The position numbers were made by a program, and so were the translations under genes. A stretch of 55,307 nt of DNA, the filler included, from Trypethelium eluteriae (taxonomy: Eukaryota): assembly GCA_051942245.1 (NCBI GenBank). It is 4 parts of 4 records of this genome, joined end to end, with 100 filler letters (N's around TTAATTAATTAA, not from the genome) between each part and the next. Parts side by side here need not be neighbours in the genome. Positions count along the whole stretch, not along the records: positions 13,875 to 27,637 come from JAVECL010000717.1; positions 27,738 to 41,474 come from JAVECL010000718.1; 2 more parts are not named here. One strand, 5' to 3'. This document shows positions 27,201 to 39,061 of the stretch, piece after piece. Each line of letters opens with the position of its first letter. Within the stretch, counting starts at the first letter, position 1. Below the pieces are notes generated by a model, which saw nothing but the letters and a program-made list of their open reading frames with translations, had not been told where the DNA came from and did no database searches.

Positions 27201-27431
27201 CGTCACATTCATGCATCCTTCGACACATAGTGATTGCTCTTCCGCTCGTTCCCCAAATCACCAGCATGCTGTGCACAAGGACTGATCTTCGATAAGATTG
27301 CATACCGACACGAACTACACTCCTTATAACCACAAAATATTTGCTTATATTGACACTGGAAGGAATATATTCACCATCCGAACTACCGAACACCTCAGCC
27401 CACGCCAACCGTACACCTTATTCACAGCCCC

Positions 27432-27637
27432 CTATCCTGCTAAGTTACTCCCCAAAATCCTCTCATACGCATCCTCGACCTCCTTCGCCACTTCCAACAA
27501 CGTCACAATCACAATCTGATGGGTAATATTCGGTAGGCGCTCCCGGTGCAAGCCGATCCACTCCAACGGCGGCGTTGCCTCGCCCATGTCCCGCAGCTGC
27601 GGCGTCTCGATGACGGGCGGCTCCAACGCCGCGTACT
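27432..27637 (-). CDS. CSF1: C-terminal fragment of a Csf1-like (BLTP1/Tweek family) bridge-like lipid transfer protein; the rest lies off this contig
   Basis: YAALEPPVIETPQLRDMGEATPPLEWIGLHRERLPNITHQIVIVTLLEVAKEVEDAYERILG* matches my recollection of the conserved extreme C-terminus of fungal Csf1 proteins; begins at the gap edge. Confidence 0.78.
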
Positions 27638-27737
27638 NNNNNNNNNNNNNNNNNNNNNNNNNNNNNNNNNNNNNNNNNNNNTTAATTAATTAANNNNNNN
27701 NNNNNNNNNNNNNNNNNNNNNNNNNNNNNNNNNNNNN
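27638..27737. other. Artificial contig spacer N44-TTAATTAATTAA-N44
   Basis: 100-bp spacer, linker at 27682-27693. Confidence 0.97.
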
Positions 27738-29155
27738 GAGGTGGGTGTTGGGGGTCTGTTGGTGGCCTCGGGAAGGGGATGGTGAGTAAGCACCTGAGCC
27801 TGTACCAATAGAACCATAACGGCGAGGAGAGACTATGTGAGGTGGAATGGGCATACGAAAAGAAGAGCCAGGTCGTGAGCTGTTGCTGAAGAGCGAAGGT
27901 CGCCGTGACTCATCCTGAGGAAGTTGCCTAGGCGAAACTGAGGCGTTGGTGTCGGTCACGCTGAATATAGGAGGTCGACTGCTAAAAAAGGCGTCATGTG
28001 ATTCTTCCAGCGAGCGCAGCTCCTCAATCTGCTGAGCTATCGCTCTTTGCGTTGATGAAACATCCCGGTGTATAGGATTGGCAGGATCAGGTACCATGAC
28101 GATCAGCTGACCAGTCAGGTCATAGCTCCATTGGTGGGCTCTCAGGAGACCCTCGTTGAGCATTTGGCATTTTGAGCTCAGATAAGCATTCGTCTCTTCT
28201 GATCGTTGAAGGCGAGTATGCATGTCGTGGAGGTTGTGCTCAAGCATGCTTAGTCGAAGTTCCACGGGGTCGGGCATAGGCTCAGCTGGTGTTGGCGGCT
28301 GCGAGACACTCAGCTGTTTCTGCCCACTGGCGCTCGAAAATGATTCCCGATGAATTAGAGCATGTCTTGAGGCTCTTCGCTTGATCTCCCTCAGGCCAAC
28401 TAAATCACCTCGTCTGAAGCTTCCGTTGCCGTGTTTGAACTCCCACAAAGGAGAATCTGGGGAGCCCGTGTGGAAAACGTCGGAAACTACCAGGCTTGTC
28501 AGCTCTCGTAATTACAAAAATAGTGAATTTTCGTACCTTTATGGAACCCATACATATTCAGCTGCCGCACAAAGGATGAGATGTTGGTGTGCTTGAAATA
28601 AGATCTTTTCAAATTAATCGTCTGAGCTCCAAAAATGTCGCTATGGTCAACTTACGCTAGGACTTTCGAGAATTCACTAGAAGGGGACATGACGAAGCTT
28701 TCATTAGTACTGGACCAGGATATGAGATGTTGTATCGTTTGATCCTCCAACATGCTGAGATGCAAGTCAGTGAATAAAGCTCATTAAGCTGAGATGGAAG
28801 GCAAGACCAACTTGTAGAGCTTGTGAATGAATGCAGTTTGAACCACCTTTGGTTGCTGTGCCACCGCTGCAGCCCCAACTGCCGGTGCAGAGCTTCCATT
28901 TGTTGTAGGTTGTTCTGCAACTCCCCCATTGATATTCTGCTCGGGATGGCGGTCGCCGCTGGGGCTACTCAACATAGGCGGTCCCATTGAGGTCGATGCA
29001 GAATGTGAAGGGGTTAAATCCATGGCATCGACGCCGGGGGAAGAGGAATGATTCGCGGAGGTTGAGGGAAGGATAGGGATGCTCCTTTGCATGCCCGGAG
29101 TGTGATCACCCCCCGAAAAAGGACTCCTCCGAAACGGTTCAGCAGCGGCCGTCAT
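27738..29155 (-). CDS. SFL1: HSF-type DNA-binding transcription factor, Sfl1-like; 3' end truncated by the contig end
   Basis: ATG 29155; spliced QTAFIHKLY|MLEDQTIQHLISWSSTNESFVMSPSSEFSKVL|SYFKHTNISSFVRQLNMYGFHK|VSDVFHTGSPDSPLWEFKHGNGSFRRGDLVGLREIKRRASRH, followed by a coiled coil; three short introns (28811-28755, 28655-28605 with AAG acceptor, ~28536-28489). Confidence 0.85.
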
Positions 29156-32100
29156 GGTAAGAATATTGTAGATCAGGTCCAAGATGATGGTATGTTAGCG
29201 CATTGGCTCAATGCAATCGCCCAGTTGGTTGCGAAATGAGAGGATGGAACGACCTTCAGCGAGGCCTGATTTTTCCAACACGTATGTCCCAAGCCACGAT
29301 CATGTGCCGCACAAGCTCGACCTGATAGAAGCGTCCATCAACGAGAGGTGTTTGTCGAAGAACCGATGGTAGCAAGCAGGGTCCGCAAGCTTCTAGAAAG
29401 CCCCACCCGCGTTTCGGAGAGCTCTAAAGCTCGCCTTGGCCACGCTGTCAGGGTCCACGGCAGTAGAGATTACCCGGTAAAGAGAATGGGACGCTGCAAT
29501 GTCAACGTGGGCCTCTCGGCTTGCGAAGCGGCGGACGTAGGTAGTTTCTCGCCGAATCGGCTCGTCTCGTCTCGTCGCCAGAAGAGGTAGATAGAAGGAA
29601 GTGCCCGCGAAAAGGCCTCGCACTCGTCCGGCACCCCACAACAGTGTCGCGGAGGACAGGAACGGAGGCTTAGCAAATTCTTAACTTTCCCAGGAGCTCC
29701 TCGGTTGCACGGGGATATCTCCGCACGCTTCACAAAGCGGATGGAAGTCCCGTCGGCCGTGAGTGAGGACGAGGAGCTGGAGCTGGAGCGGGAGGGAAGG
29801 TCCAGGACGACGAGGGGTCACAAGCAGCAGCCACGGGTCGAGAGGTCGAGAGATCGAGAGAGGGTGAAAGCGCAGGTGTCGGACGAGAAGTTTGAATGGA
29901 GATGAAGACTTGAAAGGGCTTATGACGGGCTAGACGCCATGCGCGATCTCCTAAACGCGGCGCCTCTTTTTGCCTGGTTTTGGCTCTGGCTCTGGGCGGG
30001 CCCCTACCACTGCTGCCAATGCTACCAATGCGACGACTGCTACCCTGCCGGAACAGAGGCCCGGGCTCGAGTCGCCCTCTCACTCTTACACGCGAATCAC
30101 TTGAAACTCCTGATCTTCCAAAGATCTTCGTAAGATCTTCGCCCGACCAACACACCACAACACGGCCACAGCCTCTGCGATCTGCACCGCCGCCTGCCAA
30201 ACACTGCGACTGCCTGTCCTACCCACTACTGCTCTCGTGCAGATTGCGAAACACTGGCGGGGCACGCGCACCAACGGATTCCATGCCGCCAGAAACCCAC
30301 AGGCACGACAGAAGCAGCACAGAATCTTCCACTCGAGAAGAAGCCTCAAGCCTCCTTCGGGCGGCCGAGCTCGGCCTCCCGTTGCGGCTTGTACCCTTTT
30401 CCTGTCCGGAGTCGTCAACGACTATTTCGAGCCGGCTGAGCACGCCAACCAGCGACCGCCCTCTCCGTCTTACCACCTCCACCTAGTTCGCAGTTCGTAG
30501 CTCCAAAGTCCTCCCTTGTCCCCTCTTTTTGCCCTCCGCCCTGATCACCGCCCACGCGTCGACAGGGAACCTCTCTTCACCTCATACACGATCGTCATCC
30601 GACCCAGGTACCGTCGTCCCTCTTTTATCTCCTGGGCCTGGGTCGCTCCACTCACATTACAGTTCAAGGCGCGCCTCACTCTTTAAGCCGCACTGTCTTA
30701 GAAGGGCAATTGCTCAGCTACTTCAGGTCTGTCGTGAATTGGTTTCCGTCATTGGTCCGTCGGCCCAAATGAACCATCTCGCCATCTCATCATATAGCTG
30801 TGGGAGCGAGTCATGTACGAATGACAGCCCGTGTATTCCCCGCCGTGCTACCATCGTGAACTACCATGCCGTAAGACCCACAATCTGCTTGCAGTCTACG
30901 AGATGTCGTTGCACCGAATGCAACCATGGTAAGACGAGTGCGCGCCGCGATACATGTCAGTTGATACCCCCCAACACAAATTCTCCGACATCCCTGCTTG
31001 TCCTCGGTTCGCCACAGATTCCCACGATCACGCGGGGATTTCATCTTGTGCTGCTGCTTTTCATCGTCTCGATCGCAAAGCTAAGAAATGGAATTATCCT
31101 TACGTTTCTCATAGGCTAGATAGATTGAGCGAAACTTTGCTTAAATCAATGTCCAAACACAGCTTCAACCAACAGCCTGCCGTGTGCTGCTGAGTGCATA
31201 AATAGTGGCGACCGCGCATCAACCTAAATTACCTGGGTAAATCTCGAAGGCATGAAAGCCGAAGGAAATAATTATGCATTTATGGGACGACTCGTCAGTC
31301 GCTGAATTCAGCTTCGCGCCACATGCGAACTCTACCAAATAGTCAGACCGAACCCATGAGATCAATGATAGCTTAGTTCATAGCCACAAACATGCTCTTG
31401 GTCGGGAAGGCTGGAGCTGGAGCCTTTGCGAGAGAACTCCAGAAGCGTTATATAAGCCACACCGTCAATAGAACAACAAATAGACAATTTCTCAAACAGG
31501 ACGCCATTGTGTTTACACCGTGATACTAAAGCTTAGTCGCACGATTGATGGTGTTTCCATTCGAATTCTCATGAAGCAAGTCGAAAAGACGTCATGCAAT
31601 GCGTGAAGTCACTTTGTCATTGCAGTGGATGACCAGCAAGACTGTTCCCGATGATCATGAGTCTGTCAAGCAAAGATACTGAAGGAAGAACAGAGCAAAT
31701 GACTTGATTCCCCAAATACATTTCTCTCGTGTTTGGGCAACATCATTGGCTCAGAGGGCGTCCGCAAATTCCTAGAATATTGTACGGAACAGCGGAGAGT
31801 AGACCTTTCGGGGACCGCACATATTACAGAAGTTAATTCCAAAGAAATTAGTAATTATTGATCTGTATATGAATTTACTTGTAGGATCTATAACAGCTAA
31901 GTCCTAATCCGAAGATCGTAGATACATTTCCTCGATTGAAATTCTCCGTCTATTTAACGTTGGGTGTGATCAAGTCGTTGGGTGAGCAAATTCCATACGC
32001 CGTGCTTAAGCCATTGTACCGATCGTGTCCTGAAAAGGAGAGTGTAAACTTCGCAAAAAATACCGAGGAGACAACACGGGCCTACAAGTGAAGTAGAGTG

Positions 32101-32203
32101 GAACCTTACGGTCCTAGGACAAAAGTGTCTGGGCAACCCCCAGCAATTTTCCCGCGCCGGCGAGCAGACACTTTTTTCGCATGACTGTATTGCTCGTAGC
32201 CTC

Positions 32204-35200
32204 CTAAAGTTGACTTTGTACTGTCTTGGCAGGCAAGCAGCATCCAGTTAACAACGTGGGCTCACGCAACGCGGCGGTTGGCACGTGCGACTTCTTGCCT
32301 GAATTGAGGCAGGAGTGATCCGTCTCTGGATTTGCGCAGATACACGCGACATCAGCAAAACTGCCCCCAATATGACTGACGCCTTGTGGCTGGTACCACG
32401 GAGGAGCGTCGTCCGGAAGCCAAGCGGACTTGAGCTTCCCATATGGATGTGGTGGACGGCTATCTGTGCTGTAATCGGATTTACCGAAGCCATCGAAGCG
32501 GATCTTCCAGGTCATCGGGAAAGGTACCATCTCGTCCCAACTGGGCGTGAGATAGGTATCTGTTTCAGGCTTGAGGACTTCCATGGTGAAGATGTTTTTA
32601 TCAGGATCATTAGGCGAGAGACGCTTGACTTGCTCCGCAATCCGGTCGATTCTCATGGGTGCCATGAAGTTGGAGTAACCCTCGGCGGTCCAATGGAGAT
32701 TAACCTTCTTCAGTCTGCCTTGAGCATCGTGACCACGGCGTGGGTTCTTCATTTGGGCAATGAACTTCACCATAGATGTGAGAGCAAGTGCAGCGAAACG
32801 CCTAGGTTTATAAGCGCCAAACTTTCCGGCGAAGTTTGACTGCAAGGCCAGAAACTCGATTTCGTGCGCCCGCTTCGCTTTCTCCGCTTGTACAGTGGCC
32901 TGATTCTGCAGAATGTCTTAGCTATCGGGGTCAGAGAAACCTCGCGGGCGCACATACAATGTTCAGACACACAGTCTGGCCTTCCTTGACCTTCCAGCTT
33001 GGACTTTTCTGCGGCTCGGGAGGATAGTCTCGAATAGCTGTACGAAGGATTGGCAGTCGAACTGTTGCTCGAGCCGTCTCTTGAACCAGCTCTTCGAGAC
33101 GATTCTGATCTTCCTTCACGTTGCTGAAAGCTAATGCTTGAACCCTGAGCCATCTTGGCTCTTGATGCGAAGGGGTTTGTAAGTCATCGGCAGCCTCGTA
33201 CAGTTCTCGCATGAAGTCGTCCACTACAGCGGTGAACTAAGTGTGCCCATTAGCGTATGGAAATTGCAATATCCTGCAGTAGCTTACTGAAACAACAGAG
33301 TCGTACGCAGAGTCAAGACAGACAAGCAAAAGGATTGCCGCGGCCTTGCCTGTATCACTCTCATATGTCAACACCCTCTCTGCAACGGTGTAGCCGAGAT
33401 TAGTCATTGGATTATCGCGCTTCCTGCCGAATAAGGCTCGCGTGAATCCCCACTGGGCCGCCGCAGCAATGTTCCCATGCAGAGTCAGATCGATCAAGAA
33501 CGACATCGATGTCTTGAACGCTTTGCATCGCTTGAGCAGCTTCGTTTCGTCCGCATTGTATGACAGGAAAATCTGGCAATTTGTAATGTGTTGGTAGATC
33601 TCGTTCTCGGAGTAGGAACCGCCAGGATTGTTTTCGGTGCGCAAGAGATGTCCAAACCCAAGAAAGTCGGCGACATATCTCGTAACCACTGGGATGGCGA
33701 AACTGTCAAAGTGTCAGCAGAAGATTCTGGATTGATGAAGACGAGTCGCAGTGCCCACTCCCTGGTAGCATCAATCTGGAAGGTTGAGTTGGTCATGGAG
33801 ATCGATTCTCTTTTCACGATGGACCGCATTAGGTCATCAAGATACTTCCTCAAGACTGGCGCGGACTCCAAAAGCTGGTCGTCTAAGGGATTCAATGGAG
33901 AATTTTGATACTCTGGCCTGAGGATCTCCTGCAATTTCGTTGGCAAGCTACTACGCTGGAGCAAAGCAGGATGCATAAAATTGTTGCCTGTGTCGTTCAG
34001 AACGAGAGCGATGCTGTTGAAGTCGGTCAAGTGCAAAGGCTTCTCAGGCTTGACCGGGCTAGTATCGAACGCCGACTTGGTCATATTTTTGCTTTGGATG
34101 ACCGGCGCTAATGGCATCTTGAAATCGGAACCATACCCTTGCGCCTTGGCGAATATCGCATTTTGTTGAGATGTGTAGAACGGGTGGAAGAAGCGGATTG
34201 AGTCATATTGGAACCAACCTGGAAACGCTCGCTGGATCAGACGGTGAAAGACCGAGCTCTTACAGATGTCATTGTCTGGAGTAACTTCGTTCATACCCCA
34301 TGAGGTCAAGGAATTGGTGTTCCAGTCAACCGTATAAAAGCGGTCCGAGCGTACAAGAGTAATTGCGTCCGAGAAAATGGCCGTCCACAACGCAGAGCTT
34401 GCTTCACTCGGACCTGGATCCAGTCCCATGCACTCATCTGACTCGCAGAAAATACCTGGATAAAGTTCGACTTTGTCAGGGTGCTCGTAGAGATCTCGCA
34501 GTGCGTTCTGAATCTCGACGTTTTTACTTATGCTTTCGAATGTCTCATGCCTGTACATGCCGAAAAATTCTCTGAAGTCATTCAAAGTGCCCACCTCCCA
34601 TCGACGTGCTTGTGTAATGCCCATGATCTCGACTGGCTTTAAGCACTTTGGAATGTTGCGTGGCCCAAAGTTCGAGATTGGATCGTCCATAGCGGAGGTG
34701 AGTGCTTCCACCAGCTGATTATCATCGAAAAGGTTGGTGATCTTGTTGCGCTTGTAGTGCCTGGAGGAGTCTTCTGGTATTCCAAAGGTCACTTCCCATG
34801 GCTCGTGCGCTTTCTCTTTTCCAGCATCTTCCCTAGATTTCGCCATCGCTGCAAGGAAGCCTTGAAGAGAGACATTAGACGGATCTTCGATATGCAACGA
34901 TTTCTTGATGTAGTCTTCTGTATATCTCTCATCTTTGAGGGAAATCGCACAGTGAAATCGATAGAGCAGGTTGAACTCGACAGTAACCTGATTGCCAAGG
35001 CCACGAGTCGTTTTCTTCTGGTCAAAGTCGCTGCGAGGGTCAAGGGTGAAATTGGTGTCGAACTGATGGAACCCCATCAAAGCCCTCAAGTAATCGTGGA
35101 CTGAAATCTGGATATACATGCCGCAAGTGATGAGACGAGCGGTGTTGAAAAGATCATCGTCTAGCTTGGTCCAAGCAGCATCGTAGCCAGCCTCGAACTC

Positions 35201-36472
35201 GTTGCGCTTGTCTTTGTCGACCTTCCATTTTCCGAGGAGATCCTCAAGAGCCTTTTCGCACTCTCGGAATTTGGTGGCCACCTCGGAGCTTTCGAACTCC
35301 GCAGAAGGACTGACTTCGGGTTTCGCTGCTTCGTACTCTTTCCAAGCTGCATCGTAAGCGTCACATTGCCGGACAAACTTTGGATCAAGAGACTTCAGGC
35401 CAAGTGGAAGGTCAGGTCCTGGAGGACAGAAGTGCTTTGCCAATGAGACAAGCTTAGTATCTGCATACTTCATCGGAACTGAGAAGCGGCCATTTTCGTT
35501 GATCCGGTGGAGTTGTTTTGCGGCGTAGTTGTGATAACGGTTGTACATGACAAGCATGACACATACACCAGGTGGCTGTCTCAGGAGCCGATCTTCAGCA
35601 AAAGTATCGGGCTTGAGGAGACCGAGCTTGTACTTGTCGTCCCGAATCTTGCGCTGCATGTCCATCGTATATCCGTATAGAGGAGACAAGTCAAGATAGG
35701 AAGAGCTATCGGAGATGTTCTTGTCATTGTCATTGGTCCTGAAGATGTCGTGGATGATGATGGTCGCGTGGTAGATCAGCATACTAGAGAGCCCGGATGT
35801 GCTCGGACGACCTCCTTCTTCTCTTGCCATTAGTTTGTCGAATAGATCGCCAGGGTCGGGCAGAGCGCCGAGAGGCGCGGTCTTTGATGGTACAGTCTTA
35901 GCATAAGGAGCACCAGCTTGACCAAGATGCGGATTGATCACACTGTTGAACTTGCCATCGGCTGTGCGATATTGGAAAGCGTCGCCGAGATACGTCAACG
36001 GAGCTGTTCCGAGTCAGGGTACGTATCCTAGGAAACACATGTCTTCATATACTCACGGTGCAACATCCGGTCATATTTTGATTTGACTTGGCTATCGATG
36101 ATTCGTTGTCGAAGACTGCTGTAATCAGACAGGTTTCCTGCAATTTGAGCGGCACTTTCTCCCTACACCCACGTCAGCATTATCAGTGAATGGCAGTGGG
36201 AATGACCTACGTCAAGCTCTCCATTCAAGATGAGTTTATCTGCGAGGCCTCTGAGCGCTGACCAATTTCTGGAAGCAAAGATGTTTTTCAGGTCTCCAGC
36301 AAGGCCAACTACCGGAAAAATTTTGTTCTGTAGATACGTCAATAGCAAATTCTGCTTAATAACTACCTGCACTCACCGCGATAAGTTTATCGCCATGAAA
36401 CTTGGCATACTTCTTATCGCCTTCCTTCTTGTTTCGGATCTGTAATGTGAGCTGCAGTAAATCATCATCCAT
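32204..36472 (-). CDS. Fatty-acid heme dioxygenase of the Ppo/linoleate diol synthase family with a degenerate C-terminal P450-like domain; start codon uncertain
   Basis: LHPPLTYLGDAFQYRTADG, PYAKTVP, ATIIIHDIFRT (distal His), SSYLDLSPLYG, YNRYHNY, DDDLFNTARLITCG, GNQVTVEFNLLYRFH (catalytic Tyr and proximal His), DKVELYPG, AIFSDAITLVRSDRFY. C-terminal remnant has ETAR (ExxR) and ALTSMVKFIAQMKNPRRG..QGRLKKV but no heme Cys. At least six introns. Confidence 0.9.
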
Positions 36473-37437
36473 ATTGTTTCATATGGGGGCCTCGATATTC
36501 TGTCAACTAGAGCTTTCGAGCCAGCAGCACGTTAGCCTTGAGCGCCGCGCTGTAACCAGGTAAAAAGAAATTGGAGAAGATGGAGACGTAAAGAAACGCA
36601 GTAGACTTTGGAATGGAAGAGAGATTTGCATTCTGCATTCGCTTCTCCTCCAGGGTCCCTTAGTAACCTTAAGTTTGGGAGAGGCATAGACATGCATGCG
36701 TCTAGAACGGATAGTATCTCGTACATAGTACGATAGTACGATCGAGGCTCATTCTTGCTTGCGAGCTCTTGCAGCGTGGCTGCGATTTGAGCGATGCTCA
36801 TATTGGCGAGAGGCTTGGAACCCTTAACCAAACGCGGTGAAACCGGTCCATTGGCGATGGACCAATTCAAAGTACCAGGACATATTATTCACAGCCTTAT
36901 CAACACATTTTGTAGTGTGGTCGATCTCTGGGCTGGCTGATGAACTGATAGTGGGGAGCACAAGAAGAAGCATGTCAACAACGCGGCGTAGTGGACAGCG
37001 AATGAGAGACGTGTTTGACGTGACACCAGTCGGCTTGTACCGGCTTCTCCGCTTTCGGCCTCTTTGTGGCTGGTCGAGCTTCTCATACCACGAAACAAAT
37101 CCGGTAGGGCAAACTCTGCAGCCAGCCTTCATGGAATGTGAGCTGGTCGGCTAACCTGAAAACCAATGGCAGAGTATCGGCCCTTGCGAATGTGCATTTC
37201 TGCACAGTCCAGAGCTGCCTCGAATGGCCCTCTTCCAATCTAGACACGGCTCTCAAACGCCACGTTCGCGCGCAGCCCAAGCACGCCGTGGTCAATGGCA
37301 TTGTTCGCGATCGAATAAGGTCGTGAGGATGTCTGGCTACACTCGGCAGCTTTGGGTCATCCTAAATTCTCGTCTTCACCTTCGTCTCGAAATTCTCAGC
37401 CCTTGACAATCGGCTCAGCTACCAACTCCAACCCAAA

Positions 37438-38262
37438 ATGCCCTCGAGCACGACACCTCTGCTTCCGCAGCAACCATCGACAGGAGAGTACGCTCCCGCG
37501 CCTCCGAATGCCAGCAGAAGTCCTTGTCCCGTGGTCAACGCCCTGGCCAACCATGGCTACATCGAACGCAGCGGCTGTAATATTTACATGAAAGACCTCA
37601 ACGCGTCCATGAGACATGTCGGCATGAGTTCGCTACTAGGCTCCGTTTTCGCCAAACCCACATACATCGAGTTTCAAAATCCGGCAAAGGCGTATCTGCA
37701 GAAACCGGTCAACTTCTTCACGAGGCTCTGGCGCCTCATCAGAAATCCGTACTCGTTCTTTGCCTACTTCGGGTGCTGGAAACGGGGTCAAGTCAGCAAT
37801 GGGAAGCGGTATATCAACCTAGTTGATCTCGCTACCCATGGCGCAATCGAGCACGACATCTCCCTCACGCGCCGTGACGTGGACCAAAAGGAGGGCAACA
37901 ATGCTCTCCAGCAGGATCTGATGAACGATCTATTGCACTATTCATCAGACGGCGGCGAAACGCTCACCATCGAAGACCTGGGCAAATTCATCAAGAGTCG
38001 TATTCAACAACAACTCCGAGACAACCCCAATTTGGTCTACGGGCCATCCGAACACCAAGTCAATTGTGGCCAAGTCGCCTTGTTGATGCATTGCTTCGGC
38101 GATGGTAAAGCGATACCGTGCAGCTACGTTCGAGCTATCTTCAAAGACGAGAGACTGCCGTGGAAGGAAGGGTGGAAGAGAAGGACTTGGTGGCCTATGG
38201 GACTTTTCGAATTCTTTGGCGCTGTCAAGAAGATGACGGCAGCAGTCGGTTTGCAGTTCTAA
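37438..38262 (+). CDS. Heme-thiolate peroxidase (chloroperoxidase/unspecific peroxygenase family, short type), no signal peptide, intronless
   Basis: RSPCPVVNALANHG (proximal Cys30), IEHDISLTRRD (E138-H139-D140), IFKDERLPWKEGW; 274 aa. Confidence 0.92.
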   Translation: MPSSTTPLLPQQPSTGEYAPAPPNASRSPCPVVNALANHGYIERSGCNIYMKDLNASMRHVGMSSLLGSVFAKPTYIEFQNPAKAYLQKPVNFFTRLWRLIRNPYSFFAYFGCWKRGQVSNGKRYINLVDLATHGAIEHDISLTRRDVDQKEGNNALQQDLMNDLLHYSSDGGETLTIEDLGKFIKSRIQQQLRDNPNLVYGPSEHQVNCGQVALLMHCFGDGKAIPCSYVRAIFKDERLPWKEGWKRRTWWPMGLFEFFGAVKKMTAAVGLQF

Positions 38263-39061
38263 CGAGCCGAAACCTTGCTGCGTTTCTGTTTGTAAAGATT
38301 ACACCTGTCTTTGAAGCTAGCACCGTAGTGATTTGAAAACTGCTGCGAGTTGACCGATGTTAAGTCGGTGGGGCTAATAACTAATCAAGACTTCCAGAAA
38401 GGTCAGACCCGTCTACTCCCAGAAGATGAAGCGCTTTCCGGCATGCACTCGTTGTCTTGCAAGTCCCAAATGCAGCTACGCAAATGTTTGTCTATCCCTA
38501 CAATGCTGCGAACAGAGCGAGAGGCTTCAAGGGTTGCCTGTAAGATTGCTACTAGATAGCTCATCTACTCGATATTCTTGTACTGCCATGTGAAATTGTT
38601 CGCATGATCAGCTCAAATCATGCAAGCAAAGAGATAAGAATTGCGTGCTAAAATGGAGTGGCACGGTAGTGGCTGACTGATGGAGACTCAAGGTCTGCAA
38701 GCGAAAAGGTCGCAAAGTACCATTTTGGATGGAATGGCGTTCAAGTGGCTGGCTGAAGACCAAATTGAGAAATGTAGCTCTTGTGTTGCCAAGACTTATC
38801 CCGCCTGGCTTCGTCCAGAACGTTAGCCTTGCAGCCACATTCGATCTGGCCCAAAGCAGAAGCAAGACTCGAAGAACCGCATGGCTAAGTTCTTTCTGCA
38901 TGCTTGCGATCTAGAGCGCGTGAGAGTCAAGGGTGTGCCCGCTGCGCCTTTTCATATCCTTCCAACGGGCTTTGCGACTCCGCTGGTCTCCGCCCAAAAT
39001 TCTGGGTATCCGATTCCTTATATCAAGTCATCCGCCTTGTCGGTTCGGATCGCTCTCCAGC

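Noticed and set aside
27432..29155. Apparent HSF-Csf1 fusion gene across the gap
   Set aside because: The two parts lie on different concatenated contigs and belong to different gene families.
29730..31119. Several overlapping 150-200 aa ORFs upstream of the Sfl1-like gene
   Set aside because: Arg/Pro/Ser-rich frames on both strands, typical of GC-rich regulatory DNA; no domain recognised.
36532..36870. Possible extra 5' exon of the dioxygenase (MSIAQIAATLQELASKNEPRSYY..)
   Set aside because: Could not find convincing splice sites joining it in frame to the downstream exons; left unresolved.
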